From NCBI GenBank assembly GCA_964634935.1, contig CAZWJT010000002.1, forward strand, positions 202,643 through 266,642: a stretch of DNA of 64,000 nucleotides. Direction: 5' to 3'. This stretch comes from an uncultured Planctomycetia bacterium. GTDB lineage: Bacteria; Omnitrophota; Gorgyraeia; Duberdicusellales; Duberdicusellaceae. Positions 12,520 through 24,083 of the stretch are shown here, piece by piece (position 1 is the first letter of the stretch; the number at the start of each line of letters is the position of its first letter). Below the pieces are notes generated by a model that saw nothing but the letters and a program-made list of their open reading frames with translations, was not told where the DNA came from and searched no databases. The translations under genes were made by a program, and so were the position numbers.

Positions 12520-12547
12520 TTGACAGATTTTTTTGAACCTCTATAAT
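12520..12547 (+). promoter_or_regulatory. sigma70-type promoter driving tRNA-Thr (and probably rpmG-tRNA-Trp-secE-nusG)
   Basis: -35 TTGACA (12520-25), 16-nt spacer, -10 TATAAT (12542-47). The tRNA starts 14 nt after the -10. Confidence 0.5.
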
Positions 12548-12560
12548 ACTTTCATATTTT

Positions 12561-12633
12561 GCCCACGTAGCTCAGGCGGTAGAGCACATCATTGGTAATG
12601 ATGTGGTCACCGGTTCAATTCCGGTCGTGGGCT
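12561..12633 (+). tRNA. tRNA-Thr, anticodon GGU
   Basis: Acceptor GCCCACG/CGTGGGC. D-arm AGCTCAGGCGGTAGAGC. Anticodon stem CATCA/TGATG with loop TTGGTAA. T-arm CCGGTTCAATTCCGG. Confidence 0.85.
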
Positions 12634-12652
12634 GAGAATCAGCTGAAAGAAA

Positions 12653-12692
12653 CCACATCGGGGATGTGGGATGTTGGGTTTTATACTTTTTT
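12653..12692 (+). terminator. possible intrinsic terminator or processing hairpin after tRNA-Thr
   Basis: 7-bp stem CCACATC-GGG-GATGTGG followed by a T-rich stretch (gttgggttttatactttttt). The U-tract is not immediately adjacent to the stem. Confidence 0.3.
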
Positions 12693-12708
12693 CTAAACTA
12701 ATACTATA

Positions 12709-12861
12709 ATGCGCGAATTAATATCTCTCGAGTGTACTTCCTGCAAGCGGAAAAACTATTTTGTGAAAAAGAATAAAAGGACACATCAAGAAAAACTTCA
12801 GACACGCAAGTACTGTAAGCACTGTCGCATTCACACACAACACAAGGAGACAAAAGTATAG
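12709..12861 (+). CDS. rpmG: 50S ribosomal protein L33, zinc-ribbon form
   Basis: 50 aa: MRELISLECTSCKRKNYFVKKNKRTHQEKLQTRKYCKHCRIHTQHKETKV. It is not in the ORF track because it is under 60 aa. Confidence 0.8.
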   Translation: MRELISLECTSCKRKNYFVKKNKRTHQEKLQTRKYCKHCRIHTQHKETKV

Positions 12862-12901
12862 GCAACATACCAACATATGGGTTGCGAGACCATTCACTTG
12901 T

Positions 12902-12974
12902 AGGTGAGTAGCTCAATTGGCGGAGCACTGGTCTCCAAAACCAGGGGTTGCGGGTTCAAGTCCTGCCTCACCTG
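12902..12974 (+). tRNA. tRNA-Trp, anticodon CCA
   Basis: Acceptor AGGTGAG/CTCACCT. Anticodon stem CTGGT/ACCAG with loop CTCCAAA. T-loop GGTTCAAGTCC. Confidence 0.85.
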
Positions 12975-12985
12975 AATAAAAAAAT

Positions 12986-13180
12986 ATGAAAAATCCATTT
13001 AAAAAAATAAGCAGTTTTTTTGGAGAGATCAAAGCAGAGTTAAAAAAGGTTTCTTGGTCGACGCGGCGTGAACTCATTGAAGCTACCGTGGTGGTTCTTG
13101 TTGGGACAACATTTCTAACAATCTTTATTGTTTCGTCTGATTATCTTTTGAACTGGATGCTTCAAATTTTAATTAAGTAA
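12986..13180 (+). CDS. secE: preprotein translocase subunit SecE
   Basis: 64 aa with a single C-terminal TM. Sits in the conserved position before nusG. Confidence 0.8.
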   Translation: MKNPFKKISSFFGEIKAELKKVSWSTRRELIEATVVVLVGTTFLTIFIVSSDYLLNWMLQILIK

Positions 13181-13188
13181 CTACTCCG

Positions 13189-13713
13189 ATGAAATGGTAT
13201 ATTGTGCATACGTTGACTGGCGCTGAAGATAAAGCAAAAGCGAATTTAGAGGCAAAGATAGCCGTAAACAACATGGGTCATTTGATCGATCAAGTTGTGA
13301 TACCGACCGAACAGGTTTCGGAAGTCAGACGCGGAAAGAAGCGAGTACTGGAACGTAAATTCTTTCCGGGATACCTGCTGCTCCATATGGAGATGAACGA
13401 TGAAAGCTGGCTTTTTGTGAAATCAACACCGGGTATTTCCACATTTATCGGAACTAAGCGCGCACCAACATCAATCTCGGATGATGAGGTTGATAAAATC
13501 GTAAAGAAATCCAAAGAGACCGCAGATAAACCTTCACCAAAAATAACCTTTGAGAAGGGCGAATCAGTTCGAGTTACCGAAGGTCCTTTCGTCAATTTTA
13601 ACGGCGTTGTCGAAGAAATAAATCTTCCGAAAGGAAAGCTGCGCGTGTCAGTCTCGATTTTTGGGCGCTCGACTCCTGTTGAGCTTGAGTTTTGGCAAGT
13701 AGAAAAAATATAG
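13189..13713 (+). CDS. nusG: transcription termination/antitermination factor NusG
   Basis: NGN domain plus a C-terminal KOW. Conserved secE-nusG-rplK order. Confidence 0.9.
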   Translation: MKWYIVHTLTGAEDKAKANLEAKIAVNNMGHLIDQVVIPTEQVSEVRRGKKRVLERKFFPGYLLLHMEMNDESWLFVKSTPGISTFIGTKRAPTSISDDEVDKIVKKSKETADKPSPKITFEKGESVRVTEGPFVNFNGVVEEINLPKGKLRVSVSIFGRSTPVELEFWQVEKI

Positions 13714-13719
13714 AAACAA

Positions 13720-14145
13720 ATGGCAAAAAAAGAAGTTACCGCGCAGATAAAATTACAAATTCCCGCAGGAGCCGCAAATCCAGCTCCTCCAGTTGGGCCA
13801 GCCCTTGGTCAACACGGAGTCAATATCATGCAGTTTTGCAAGGCATTCAACGAAGCAACAAAAGCGCGTGAAGGGCTTATCTTACCAGTAATCATCAGTG
13901 TTTATAAGGATAAGTCGTTTGATTTTATCATCAAAACGCCCCCGGCATCAATTCTCATAAAACGCGCAGCAAATTTGGCAAAAGCATCAAGCTTGCCTGG
14001 AAAAGAATTTGTCGGTGAAATTTCCAAGCAACAACTTGAAGAAATCGCAAAACAAAAACTCAAAGACCTCAATACAAAAAATCTAAACCAGGCAGTAAAG
14101 GTTGTCGCTGGAACAGCCAGAAGCATGGGATTGAAAATTGTTTAA
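13720..14145 (+). CDS. rplK: 50S ribosomal protein L11
   Basis: [30 protein letters not shown]. Confidence 0.95.
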   Translation: MAKKEVTAQIKLQIPAGAANPAPPVGPALGQHGVNIMQFCKAFNEATKAREGLILPVIISVYKDKSFDFIIKTPPASILIKRAANLAKASSLPGKEFVGEISKQQLEEIAKQKLKDLNTKNLNQAVKVVAGTARSMGLKIV

Positions 14146-14156
14146 CACAGAAAACC

Positions 14157-14855
14157 ATGAAAAAACGCAGTAAACGTTATAAGAATTTTTCCTCGTTGGT
14201 TGAAAAAACAAAGGTATATTCCCTTGAAGAAGCATTGAACCTTCTTGAAAAAACCCATCAGGTCAAGTTTGATGAAACCGTTGATATCAATATCAAATTA
14301 GGAATCGATCTTAAAAAAACCGATCAGCTCGTTCGGGGAAGTTCCAAGCTGCCACACGGAACCGGAAAAACAACACGCGTTTTGGTGTTCTGTGAATCCG
14401 AAAAAGAAGAACAGGCGCGTAAGGCAGGGGCAGATTTTGTTGGGGGGAAAGATCTGATTGAGAAAATATCTGGTGGCTGGCTTGAATTCGATTACTGCAT
14501 CGCCACTCCGGGAATCATGAAAGACGTCAGTAAACTTGGGAAGGTTTTGGGGCCGAGAGGACTCATGCCTTCACCAAAAGTCGGCACGGTAACCGAAAAT
14601 CTTGCGGTTGCAGTTACCGAAGCGAAACAGGGAAAGATTGACTTCAAAATGGACAAACTCGGATGTGTCAATGTCGGTATCGGAAAAATATCCTTTGGAA
14701 AGAAAAAAATCGCAGAAAATGCCGATGTATTTATTAACTCACTCTTGGCCGCGAAACCAGCGGGAACAAAAGGTAAATTTGTCAAATCAGCAACTATTTC
14801 AACAACAATGGGACCGGGATTAAAAATCGCTTTAGTCGAGGATGTTGAAAAATGA
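14157..14855 (+). CDS. rplA: 50S ribosomal protein L1
   Basis: L1 family sequence and position. Confidence 0.95.
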   Translation: MKKRSKRYKNFSSLVEKTKVYSLEEALNLLEKTHQVKFDETVDINIKLGIDLKKTDQLVRGSSKLPHGTGKTTRVLVFCESEKEEQARKAGADFVGGKDLIEKISGGWLEFDYCIATPGIMKDVSKLGKVLGPRGLMPSPKVGTVTENLAVAVTEAKQGKIDFKMDKLGCVNVGIGKISFGKKKIAENADVFINSLLAAKPAGTKGKFVKSATISTTMGPGLKIALVEDVEK

Positions 14856-15376
14856 GCATAGGAACACTTTATCGGGAAAAAATAATCACAAATCTCTGCG
14901 CTGAAATTAAGCAAAGTAAAGGGGCTTTCTTTGTGGGTTTTCCGAAAATTCTTACAACGGATATCAATAGGTTTCGGGCTTCAGTAACTGATTCAAACGG
15001 GAAGATCGTTTTGACCAAAAACTCCCTGATCCGAAAGGCGTTTGAGTTTGAAAAACAACCGCTCCCGGAACAATACACTGAAGGACAGACAGCTGTTGTC
15101 TTCGTACATGATGATCCCGTTTCTATCTGCAAGCTGCTCTTTGGAATGCAAAAAGAAAAAGAAGTATTTTCGATCAAGGGCGGCATCATCGATAACTCAT
15201 TTCTTGATACGGCAAAACTGCAATCCATGTCGAAACTTCCATCAAAAGAGATACTGCGCGCCATGACCGTAGGGGCAATAGCCGCACCGCTTACGCAGCT
15301 TGTAGGTGGATTAAATCAGATGATTGCAAAATGCGTCTGGGTAATTGACGCAATCAAAAAACAAAAAGAGAAATAA
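14852..15376 (+). CDS. rplJ: 50S ribosomal protein L10
   Basis: L10 sequence. Overlaps the rplA stop by 4 nt. Confidence 0.9.
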   Translation: MSIGTLYREKIITNLCAEIKQSKGAFFVGFPKILTTDINRFRASVTDSNGKIVLTKNSLIRKAFEFEKQPLPEQYTEGQTAVVFVHDDPVSICKLLFGMQKEKEVFSIKGGIIDNSFLDTAKLQSMSKLPSKEILRAMTVGAIAAPLTQLVGGLNQMIAKCVWVIDAIKKQKEK

Positions 15377-15391
15377 ATAAGAGGAGGGACT

Positions 15392-15772
15392 ATGGCTAAG
15401 ATCGAAGATGTCGTCAAAACAATTGAAGAATTGACTGTGTTGGAACTTGCTGATTTAGTAAAAGCCCTGGAAACAAAGTTTGGAGTAACCGCTGCTGCAC
15501 CAATGATGGCTGGAGCAATGCCACAACAAGCCGCAGCTCCCGCAGAAGCCGCTGAGGAAAAAACAGCATTTACTGTCGTTTTGAGCAGTGCAGGAGCAAA
15601 TAAGATTGCCGTGATTAAAGAAATCCGTGCGATTACTGAACTGGGCTTGAAAGAAGCAAAAGATCTCGTGGATGGAGCCCCAAAAACAATTAAGGAAAAT
15701 GTTTCAAAACAAGAAGCGGACGATATCAAAAAGAAAATCGAAGCTGCCGGAGCAAAGGTTGAAATAAAGTAA
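15392..15772 (+). CDS. rplL: 50S ribosomal protein L7/L12
   Basis: Ala-rich hinge and a conserved C-terminal domain. Confidence 0.95.
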   Translation: MAKIEDVVKTIEELTVLELADLVKALETKFGVTAAAPMMAGAMPQQAAAPAEAAEEKTAFTVVLSSAGANKIAVIKEIRAITELGLKEAKDLVDGAPKTIKENVSKQEADDIKKKIEAAGAKVEIK

Positions 15773-15790
15773 AAAACTGCCAAAAACCTG

Positions 15791-18700
15791 GTGAATATGA
15801 AGAAACGATATTCTTTTGGGAAAGTAGAAGAAATACTTCCCGTGCCGAATCTTCTTGAGCACCAGATCCGCTCGTACAAAGAATTCCTGCAGATGGATCT
15901 TTCTGAAGACAAAAGGAAAAACATCGGTCTTCAGGAGGTGTTCAAAGAAGTTTTTCCTATCGTCAGTATTGATGGGAAGTGGAAGCTGGAATTTCTTTCT
16001 TATAATCTTGGGCGTCCGAAATATACGATCGATGAATGCAAGCGGCGCTTTTTCAGTTACGCTCTTCCCTTACGAATGATGCTTCGTCTCATCGGTCCTG
16101 ATGAAGCAAGGGAACAAGAGATTTATCTTGGAGATATTCCGCTGATGACACCTTCTGCTTCATTTATCATTAATGGCGACGAACGGGTAGTGGTAAGTCA
16201 GCTGCAACGCTCACCGGGAGTATTCTTTGAAGAAGAACTGCACCCTACCGGAAAACGTATTTATTTTGCTCGCATTATTCCTTACCGCGGCTCGTGGCTC
16301 GAATTCCGCTATGACATCGGCGAAAGTATCAGCGCAATCGTTGACCGACGTCGCACATTTCTTGGAACACAAATTTTAAGAATGCTTGGCTTATCTTCGA
16401 ATGATGATATCTTTGCAGAGTTTTCTGATCGCCGCTATCCCGAAATAGTAAACACCATTAAAAAAGACCATACAAAAAATTCGGAAGAAGCATTTCTTGA
16501 ATTCTATAAAAAAATGCGCCCGACGGAACCGGTCACCCTTGAAGCCGCCAAAGAAGTGTTTAAGCGGATGTTTCTGGATAACCGGCGATATGATTTGGCA
16601 AAAGTCGGTAGATTTGTAATGAATCGTAAACTCGCCATGGATACTCCATTAACAAAACGGGTACTGGAAAAAGAAACGATAATCCAAATTATTAAATATC
16701 TCATCAAAATCAAAAATGGCGAGGCAACTCTCGATGATATCGATCACCTGAGCAATCGTCGTGTTAAATTAGTTGGAGAGCTTGTCCAACATCAGGTACG
16801 CATTGGTCTTCTGAGGGTAGAGCGAACGGTGATGGAGCGATTTGCCTTCCTTTCCAACCTGAAGGATATTTCTATCCAGCATCTCATCAATGCAAAATCA
16901 TTTTCATCACAGGTACACGATTTTTTTGCACGATCACCCCTTTGCCAATTTATGGACCAAACGAACCCTCTTTCGGAAATCACCCATAAACGGCGTCTTT
17001 CAGCTTTAGGACCAGGGGGACTTTCCCGTGAACGCGCTGGCTTTGAAGTCCGCGATGTTCATCCAACGCATTATGGAAGAATATGTCCAATCGAAACCCC
17101 AGAAGGACCCAACATTGGTCTTATTACATCGTTGACAGCTTATAGTATCATCAACCCGCTTGGATTTATTGTGGCTCCGTACCGTAAAGTTGAAGATGGA
17201 AAGCTGTTAGATCGTGTTGATTATCTTAGCGCTGACGAGGATGACGATAAAATCATTGCCCCCTGCATTTCAAACGTTATAAACTCCCGTATTAAAGACG
17301 AAACTGTCTATGCCCGATACCGGGGAAAATTTCCTCAGGTCAAACCAGAAAAAATACATTACATGGATGTTTCTCCGAAGCAGATTATTTCTATTTCAGC
17401 AGCGCTTATTCCATTTCTTGAACACGATGATGCAAACCGCGCTCTTATGGGTTCAAACATGCAACGGCAAGGAGTCCCGCTTCTGTTTCCAGAAGAACCA
17501 GTTGTCGCAACCGGCATCGAAGAAAAAGTTGCCCGCGACTCAGGAGTTATGATACTCGCGAGCGAATCTGGAGTCGTAGAAGAAGTTGATGCTGCTTCAA
17601 TCCGGATTGGAAAAATAACCTATAAGCTAAAAAAGTTTGAACGTTCAAACGCAGACACCGCAGTAAATCAGCGTCCACTCGTTCAAGCCGGTATGCACGT
17701 TAAAAAAGGGCAAACCATAGCGGACGGCCCAGGAACTCACAATGGAGAGCTTGCTCTTGGACGCAATCTCACGGTTGCTTTTATGTCCTGGAGGGGATAT
17801 AACTTTGAAGATGCCATTATTCTCAATGAGCGGCTTGTAAAAGACGACGTCCTGACTTCAGTGCATGTTGAGCGGTTTGAAACCGAGGCTCGCGAAACCA
17901 GACTTGGTAACGAAGAAATAACTCAGGATATCCCAAACGTCAGCGATGAAGCACTCAAAAATCTCGATAGCAACGGAATTGTCCGCGTAGGCGCTCGGGT
18001 TATACCGGATGATATTCTGGTCGGAAAAGTTACGCCAAAGACCGAAAAAGAATTAACGCCGGAAGACCGCCTATTGCGCGCTATCTTCGGTGAAAAAGCC
18101 GCCGACGTACGAGACAGCTCCCTACGGGTTCCACCTGGAGTGGAAGGCGTTGTCACAAATGTCGAAGTCTTTCAGAGAAAAGACAAAGGAAGAAAATCAC
18201 GAAAAGAAAAAAGTGATGAACTAAAACGCTTACGCGAGATTGATAAGTATTACGAAGAGGAGATGCGAATTATTCAAGAAGAAAAAACTCGGCGCATTTC
18301 CGAACTACTCCATATTTCTCTTGAGAAGGCTCGCTCCATCGATCCGGATGACCACGAAGAAGCAAAAGAAATTGCCACCTTGTATGATGAAAAAATGCGA
18401 GAGCTCGTTATGGAAAAAGAGCTCGAATCAGCAAAAATCAAAAAAGGCGATGAACTTCCAACGGGAGTTTTAAAACGCGTGGTCGTATTTATTGCCATGA
18501 AACGTAAAATTTCCGCTGGGGATAAGCTCGCGGGGAGGCACGGCAACAAAGGCGTTATCTCGACAATTATCCCAGAAGAAGATATGCCATTTCTCGAAGA
18601 CGGAACCCCGGTCGATATTATCCTAAATCCCCTCGGTGTTCCATCGCGCATGAATGTTGGACAAATTCTTGAGGCTCATCTTGGCTTTGCCGCTGCACGA

Positions 18701-19207
18701 CTTGACATGAAAATCTCAACCCCGGTATTTGACGGCGCGAAAGAAAAAGATATTAAAGAATTTTTTGAGAAGGCAGGACTCTCCAGCGACGCAAAAACGA
18801 CTGTATATGATGGAGCTACCGGAGAACCATTCCAGCAGCGAGTTACCGTTGGGCAAATGTATGTTATGAAACTCGTCCATATGGTCGAAGATAAAATTCA
18901 TGCTCGCGCCATTGGACCATACTCACTGATTACCCAGCAGCCTCTCGGTGGAAAAGCACAGTTCGGCGGACAGCGTTTTGGAGAAATGGAAGTTTGGGCT
19001 CTTGAGGCATACGGAGCTGCCTTTACTCTTCAGGAAATGCTGACAGTAAAAAGTGACGACGTTCAAGGAAGAACCCGTATCTATGAAGCTATCGTCAAAG
19101 GGGAACATAAACTGAATCCTTCGACTCCAGAATCATTCAATGTTCTTATGCGGGAGCTGCAAGGATTGTGTCTAGACGTCCGCACAGAAAAAGGAGACAG
19201 AGAATGA
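15791..19207 (+). CDS. rpoB: DNA-directed RNA polymerase subunit beta
   Basis: 1138 aa with conserved beta-subunit motifs throughout. No intein. Confidence 0.97.
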   Translation: MNMKKRYSFGKVEEILPVPNLLEHQIRSYKEFLQMDLSEDKRKNIGLQEVFKEVFPIVSIDGKWKLEFLSYNLGRPKYTIDECKRRFFSYALPLRMMLRLIGPDEAREQEIYLGDIPLMTPSASFIINGDERVVVSQLQRSPGVFFEEELHPTGKRIYFARIIPYRGSWLEFRYDIGESISAIVDRRRTFLGTQILRMLGLSSNDDIFAEFSDRRYPEIVNTIKKDHTKNSEEAFLEFYKKMRPTEPVTLEAAKEVFKRMFLDNRRYDLAKVGRFVMNRKLAMDTPLTKRVLEKETIIQIIKYLIKIKNGEATLDDIDHLSNRRVKLVGELVQHQVRIGLLRVERTVMERFAFLSNLKDISIQHLINAKSFSSQVHDFFARSPLCQFMDQTNPLSEITHKRRLSALGPGGLSRERAGFEVRDVHPTHYGRICPIETPEGPNIGLITSLTAYSIINPLGFIVAPYRKVEDGKLLDRVDYLSADEDDDKIIAPCISNVINSRIKDETVYARYRGKFPQVKPEKIHYMDVSPKQIISISAALIPFLEHDDANRALMGSNMQRQGVPLLFPEEPVVATGIEEKVARDSGVMILASESGVVEEVDAASIRIGKITYKLKKFERSNADTAVNQRPLVQAGMHVKKGQTIADGPGTHNGELALGRNLTVAFMSWRGYNFEDAIILNERLVKDDVLTSVHVERFETEARETRLGNEEITQDIPNVSDEALKNLDSNGIVRVGARVIPDDILVGKVTPKTEKELTPEDRLLRAIFGEKAADVRDSSLRVPPGVEGVVTNVEVFQRKDKGRKSRKEKSDELKRLREIDKYYEEEMRIIQEEKTRRISELLHISLEKARSIDPDDHEEAKEIATLYDEKMRELVMEKELESAKIKKGDELPTGVLKRVVVFIAMKRKISAGDKLAGRHGNKGVISTIIPEEDMPFLEDGTPVDIILNPLGVPSRMNVGQILEAHLGFAAARLDMKISTPVFDGAKEKDIKEFFEKAGLSSDAKTTVYDGATGEPFQQRVTVGQMYVMKLVHMVEDKIHARAIGPYSLITQQPLGGKAQFGGQRFGEMEVWALEAYGAAFTLQEMLTVKSDDVQGRTRIYEAIVKGEHKLNPSTPESFNVLMRELQGLCLDVRTEKGDRE

Positions 19208-22200
19208 TCGATGATCTGATTCCTTTTAAAAAAATAACTCTGAAGATTGCCTCGCCTCAAGTTATTCGTTCTTGGTCATTTGGTGAGGTAAAAAAGGCAG
19301 AAACGTTGAATTACCGGACATTGAAACCGGAAAAAGACGGCTTATTCTGCGAACGAATATTTGGTCCAGCGAAAGATTGGGAATGTAACTGCGGGAAATA
19401 CAAAGGAATCAAATTCAAAGGAATGAAATGCGATCGCTGCGGAGTAGAAATTACCCGTTCTTCCGTACGACGAGAACGCATGGGACACATTGATTTAGCC
19501 TGCCCTGTCACTCACATTTGGTTCTTTAAGGTTATTCCTTCGCGCCTTGCTGCGCTATTAGATATCGGCCTGAAAGATCTTGAAAAAGTTATCTACTACG
19601 AACAATTCGTAGTAATTGATCCAAAGGAAACCCCGCTTCAAAAAGGGCAATTTCTCACTGATGAAGCATATCAGAAAGCCTACCGAGAATATAAAGGTGA
19701 ATTCGTAGCAAAAATCGGAGCGGAAGCAATCAAGGAACTTTTGAAAGAACTTGAAGTTGAAAAGCTCCACCGATCGCTCAAAAAGGATGCACAAGCTGAA
19801 AAAAGCCTTGCCAATCAAAAGCGCATTTTAAAACGTTTGCGAACATTGGAAGATTTTCGTCGCTCAGAAAATAAACCTGAGTGGATGATTTTAGATGTAG
19901 TTCCGGTAATTCCGCCAGATCTGCGCCCTCTAGTGCCACTTGAAGGCGGAAGATTTGCTTCTTCAGATCTCAATGATCTCTATCGAAGAGTCATCAACCG
20001 TAACAACCGACTCAAAAAACTCTTAAGCCTGGGAGCCCCTGACATTATTATCCGCAACGAGAAACGCATGCTTCAGGAGGCAGTTGACGCTCTTTTTGAG
20101 AATGGGCGGCATGGCCGACCGGTTCTAGGCTCAAACAGCCGACCGCTCAAAAGCCTTTCGGACATGCTCAAAGGAAAACAAGGGCGTTTCCGTCAAAATC
20201 TCCTGGGAAAGCGCGTTGATTATTCTGGACGAAGCGTTATTGTTGTCGGTCCTAAACTTAAACTCTATCAATGCGGCATTCCCAAGTATATGGCGCTTGA
20301 ACTCTTTGAACCATTTATCATTAAAAAATTGCGTGAACGAGGTTTCGTGCATACGATAAAAGGGGCACGCCGTATGGTTGAACGCGCACGCGTGGAGGTC
20401 TGGGACATCCTCGAAGAAGTCATCAAAGATCACCCTGTACTGTTAAACCGAGCACCAACATTGCATCGATTGAGTATCCAGGCGTTCTTTCCTGTTCTTA
20501 TTGAAGGAAAAGCAATCATGTTACACCCCTTAGTCTGTCCAGCTTTTAATGCCGACTTTGACGGAGACCAGATGGCTGTTCATGTGCCACTCTCACTCGA
20601 AGCGCAGACTGAATGCCGGGTGATGATGCTTTCTTCAAATAATATTTTCTCTCCCGCAGATGGGCGGCCGATTATTGCTCCAACCCAAGACATCATTTTA
20701 GGATTGCGTTACCTTACTGTCGAGAAAAAAGGAGCACAAGGAGAAGGAACTATTTTTTCAAATACTCCAGAAGCAATTATCGCCTATAACGACGGCGAAG
20801 TTTCCCTCCATGCGCGCATTAAGCTGAGAATTGTCGAAAAAAATGAGAAGAAAATCGTTGAGACGACGATTGGACGAGCAATGTTAAACCAGGTATTGCC
20901 ATTAGAATTTTCTTTTGTAAACGAGATTCTCAATAAAAAGAAAGTGACAGATCTGGTTACATCCTGCTATAAGTCATGTGGGCATGAGCGTACCATTAAA
21001 TTGCTCGACGATTTAAAAAATCTTGGTTTTGAATACGCAAGCCTTAGCGGGATCAGCATCGCAGTCGATGATCTCAAAATCCCTGCCCAAAAGAATGATT
21101 GCTTGACCGAGGCTTTTAAGGAATTAGGTAAAGTTGAAGATCAATACAACAAAGGAATCATCACCGAACGTGAACGACACAATAAAATAGTTGATATTTG
21201 GACGCGAGCAACCGATCGAGTTGCCGAACATGCATTTAAAAATCTCGATCATTTTAACCCAATCTTTATGATGGCCGATTCCGGAGCCCGCGGATCTAGA
21301 TTGCAAATGCGCCAGCTCGCAGGCATGCGCGGACTCATGGCAAAGCCCTCTGGTGAAATCATTGAAACGCCAATCACCTCAAACTTCCGGGAAGGACTTT
21401 CTGTGCTTGAGTATTTTATTTCAACGCATGGCGCACGCAAAGGTCTTGCTGACACCGCTTTAAAAACCGCTGATGCAGGATATTTAACTCGCCGTCTTGT
21501 TGACGTTGCTCAAGAAGTGATTATTGTCGAAGACGACTGCGGAACGGTAAATGGAATCACTCTTTCACCCATTGTTGAAGGTGACGAAGTTGTAGTAAGT
21601 CTCAAAGAACGGATTGTAGGGCGGGTAGCTCTTGACAACATCGTTGATATTATCACCGACGAAGTGGTGGTAAAAGCGGGAGATGAAATTACGGAAACCA
21701 TCGCCGATCAGATTGAAAAACTGGGAATGGAGAAAATCCGCATCCGTAGCGCGCTCACCTGTGAAGCCGAACGCGGTATTTGCGCCAGATGCTATGGGCG
21801 CGACCTTTCCACTGGCAAATTAGTCGAGATGGGACAGGCAGTTGGAATTATCGCTGCTCAATCGATCGGAGAGCCAGGAACACAGTTGACCATGAGAACG
21901 TTTCACATCGGTGGAACCGCATCGCGGGTTGCTGAGCGTTCGTTTGTAAAAGCAAAAGAAAAGGGTATTGCAAAATACCACACGATAAAAATCGTTCCAA
22001 AGAGCGATAAGGAAAAAGAAGAATTCATCGTATTAAACCGGAATGGAATGATTGGTATTTACGATGACAAAATGAAAGAAATCCAACGCAATCCAGTTCC
22101 GCAAGGTGCTATCATTACCGTAAAAGATGGCGATAGCGTGGCAAAAGACGAAATCTTTATCCGCTGGGATCCTTACTCTATCCCTATCCTCACTGAAGTT

Positions 22201-23226
22201 AAAGGAAAAGTTCGTTACGAAGATCTGATTGAAGGTATTACCGTACAAGAAGAACTGAATCTTACCACAAATAAGAAAGAGCGGGTAGCCATTGAATACC
22301 GGGGAGATTACCATCCGCAGATAGTCATTACCAGCGAAAAGGACGAAGTGCTTGGAATTTATCCTATACCAACCGGAGCGCATATTGCCGTAGATGATGG
22401 ATCTTTAGTACACGCTGGAGACATGCTCGCAAAAATACCACGGTTGATTGTTAAAACTCGCGATATCACCGGAGGTCTACCTCGAGTTGCTGAGTTATTT
22501 GAAGCTCGGAGACCAAAAAATCCGGCGGTTGTGAGTGAAATCGAAGGTTTTGTCGAATTCATCCAGGCAAAAACAGGAGAAAGAACGATTCTAGTTCGAT
22601 CCACAACCGGTATGCAAAAAGAATATACTATTCCTCCGGGAAAACATCCGATTGTTTATCGTGGAGATAAAGTATACGCAGGACAGCAGCTTACTGACGG
22701 ACCCATTGTTCTCCAAGACATTCTTCGTGTCTGCGGCGATAAGAATCTTCAAGAATATTTAGTAAATGAGATACAAGAGGTTTACCGTTTACAGGGTGTC
22801 AAGATAAACGATAAACATATTGAGGTTATTATCCGTGAAATGCTCAAGAAGGTGCGCATTGTCAACCCTGGTGACACAAACTTCCTGCCCTCGCAGGCAG
22901 TTGACAAGTGGGATTTCAAGAAGGAAAACGAACGGATTGTAAAAAAGGGCGGTAAACCGGCCTCGGCTGCCCCGTTATTGCTTGGAATCACAAAAGCATC
23001 GCTTGCCACAATGAGCTTTATTTCCGCTGCTAGTTTCCAAGAGACGACCCGAGTCTTGACTGAAGCAGCATCTGCGGGCAAAGATGATCTATTGCTTGGT
23101 TTGAAAGAGAACGTAATTGTTGGACACTTAATACCAGCAGGAACAGGGTTTCCTGAACATAGAAAAATTGAGGTGATAAAAAATGCCGACAATAGCACAG
23201 TTAATACGGATACCCCGAAAAACTAA
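19204..23226 (+). CDS. rpoC: DNA-directed RNA polymerase subunit beta'
   Basis: N-terminal Zn finger (CNCG...CDRCG) and the NADFDGD catalytic motif. The start ATG overlaps the rpoB stop (ATGA). The ORF-track frame opens earlier, at 19168. Confidence 0.97.
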   Translation: MIDDLIPFKKITLKIASPQVIRSWSFGEVKKAETLNYRTLKPEKDGLFCERIFGPAKDWECNCGKYKGIKFKGMKCDRCGVEITRSSVRRERMGHIDLACPVTHIWFFKVIPSRLAALLDIGLKDLEKVIYYEQFVVIDPKETPLQKGQFLTDEAYQKAYREYKGEFVAKIGAEAIKELLKELEVEKLHRSLKKDAQAEKSLANQKRILKRLRTLEDFRRSENKPEWMILDVVPVIPPDLRPLVPLEGGRFASSDLNDLYRRVINRNNRLKKLLSLGAPDIIIRNEKRMLQEAVDALFENGRHGRPVLGSNSRPLKSLSDMLKGKQGRFRQNLLGKRVDYSGRSVIVVGPKLKLYQCGIPKYMALELFEPFIIKKLRERGFVHTIKGARRMVERARVEVWDILEEVIKDHPVLLNRAPTLHRLSIQAFFPVLIEGKAIMLHPLVCPAFNADFDGDQMAVHVPLSLEAQTECRVMMLSSNNIFSPADGRPIIAPTQDIILGLRYLTVEKKGAQGEGTIFSNTPEAIIAYNDGEVSLHARIKLRIVEKNEKKIVETTIGRAMLNQVLPLEFSFVNEILNKKKVTDLVTSCYKSCGHERTIKLLDDLKNLGFEYASLSGISIAVDDLKIPAQKNDCLTEAFKELGKVEDQYNKGIITERERHNKIVDIWTRATDRVAEHAFKNLDHFNPIFMMADSGARGSRLQMRQLAGMRGLMAKPSGEIIETPITSNFREGLSVLEYFISTHGARKGLADTALKTADAGYLTRRLVDVAQEVIIVEDDCGTVNGITLSPIVEGDEVVVSLKERIVGRVALDNIVDIITDEVVVKAGDEITETIADQIEKLGMEKIRIRSALTCEAERGICARCYGRDLSTGKLVEMGQAVGIIAAQSIGEPGTQLTMRTFHIGGTASRVAERSFVKAKEKGIAKYHTIKIVPKSDKEKEEFIVLNRNGMIGIYDDKMKEIQRNPVPQGAIITVKDGDSVAKDEIFIRWDPYSIPILTEVKGKVRYEDLIEGITVQEELNLTTNKKERVAIEYRGDYHPQIVITSEKDEVLGIYPIPTGAHIAVDDGSLVHAGDMLAKIPRLIVKTRDITGGLPRVAELFEARRPKNPAVVSEIEGFVEFIQAKTGERTILVRSTTGMQKEYTIPPGKHPIVYRGDKVYAGQQLTDGPIVLQDILRVCGDKNLQEYLVNEIQEVYRLQGVKINDKHIEVIIREMLKKVRIVNPGDTNFLPSQAVDKWDFKKENERIVKKGGKPASAAPLLLGITKASLATMSFISAASFQETTRVLTEAASAGKDDLLLGLKENVIVGHLIPAGTGFPEHRKIEVIKNADNSTVNTDTPKN

Positions 23227-23554
23227 ACCAGCGCGGACAAAATCGCCGGTTTTGCAAAAATGCCCTCAGAAAAGAGGCGTATGCATCCAAGTGAGAACTA
23301 TGACACCCAAAAAGCCAAATTCTGCACTTCGGAAGGTTGCGCGCGTCAGACTTTCAAATGGGTTTGAAATTACCGCGTATATTCCCGGCGAAGGACATAA
23401 TCTACAAGAGCATTCGATTGTTCTTGTGCGAGGCGGCCGCGTGAAAGACTTGCCAGGAGTACGATACCATATTATCCGGGGAACTCTCGATACCCAGGGA
23501 GTCGCAAATCGCAAGCGATCTCGATCCAAATACGGAGCAAAAAAACCGAAGTAA
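23183..23554 (+). CDS. rpsL: 30S ribosomal protein S12
   Basis: [13 protein letters not shown] start and the [11 protein letters not shown] motif. The start lies 44 nt inside the rpoC 3' end. Confidence 0.95.
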   Translation: MPTIAQLIRIPRKTKPARTKSPVLQKCPQKRGVCIQVRTMTPKKPNSALRKVARVRLSNGFEITAYIPGEGHNLQEHSIVLVRGGRVKDLPGVRYHIIRGTLDTQGVANRKRSRSKYGAKKPK

Positions 23555-23563
23555 AGGAATAGT

Positions 23564-24031
23564 ATGAGACGAAGACGAGCAGAAAAACGAGGAGTACAGG
23601 CAGATCCAGAATTAAATTCTGAAATTATTGCGAAATTTACGAACCTGTTGATGCTTGAAGGAAAAAAAAGCTTAGCACAACAAATCATCTACGATAGCCT
23701 AAAAATTATCAATGAAAAACTGAAAGAAGATCCAATCCGGGTTTTTATGAAAGCAATTGACAATGTCCGCCCGCGTCTTGCAGTAAAACCACGCCGAATT
23801 GGCGGAGCAACGTATCAAGTGCCAATGGAACTTGACGAGAATCGTGGATTTTCAATCGCAATGCGCTGGATCCGCGATATCGCGCGTGATAAAAAAGGAA
23901 AGGCAATGTCCTTAAAGCTTGCGGAAGAATTAATGAGCGCATATAAAAATGAGGGAGTTGCGATAAAAAAACGTGATGATGCTCATAAAATGGCTGAAGC
24001 AAATAAAGCATTTGCTCACTTTAGGTTCTAA
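23564..24031 (+). CDS. rpsG: 30S ribosomal protein S7
   Basis: S7 family sequence. Confidence 0.95.
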   Translation: MRRRRAEKRGVQADPELNSEIIAKFTNLLMLEGKKSLAQQIIYDSLKIINEKLKEDPIRVFMKAIDNVRPRLAVKPRRIGGATYQVPMELDENRGFSIAMRWIRDIARDKKGKAMSLKLAEELMSAYKNEGVAIKKRDDAHKMAEANKAFAHFRF

Positions 24032-24083
24032 CAGCATATTGAGAAATAGGTGAACTTTGAATTCCGTGATACTTGAAAACACA

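Noticed and set aside
15316-15924. 202-aa minus-strand ORF opposite rplL/rpoB (Ala/Ser-rich)
   Set aside because: It is a low-complexity mirror of the Ala-rich rplL hinge on the opposite strand and is wholly nested in highly conserved genes. It is spurious.
19168-19203. rpoC N-terminal extension ([12 protein letters not shown]) in the ORF track, overlapping the rpoB end
   Set aside because: The conserved beta' N-terminus begins at [10 protein letters not shown] (ATG 19204), which overlaps the rpoB stop as ATGA. The upstream residues are a read-through of the frame inside rpoB.
15791-23226. Inteins or large lineage-specific insertions in rpoB/rpoC
   Set aside because: The lengths (1138 and 1341 aa) and the continuous conserved motifs give no room for an intein. 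No Cys/Ser...HN splice-junction blocks were found.
24057-24083. fusA start at the TTG at 24057, as in the ORF track
   Set aside because: The EF-G N-terminus aligns from [14 protein letters not shown] (ATG 24084). The extra 9 codons are not conserved, and the upstream AGGTGA is better placed for 24057 only weakly. I kept 24084 with the caveat.
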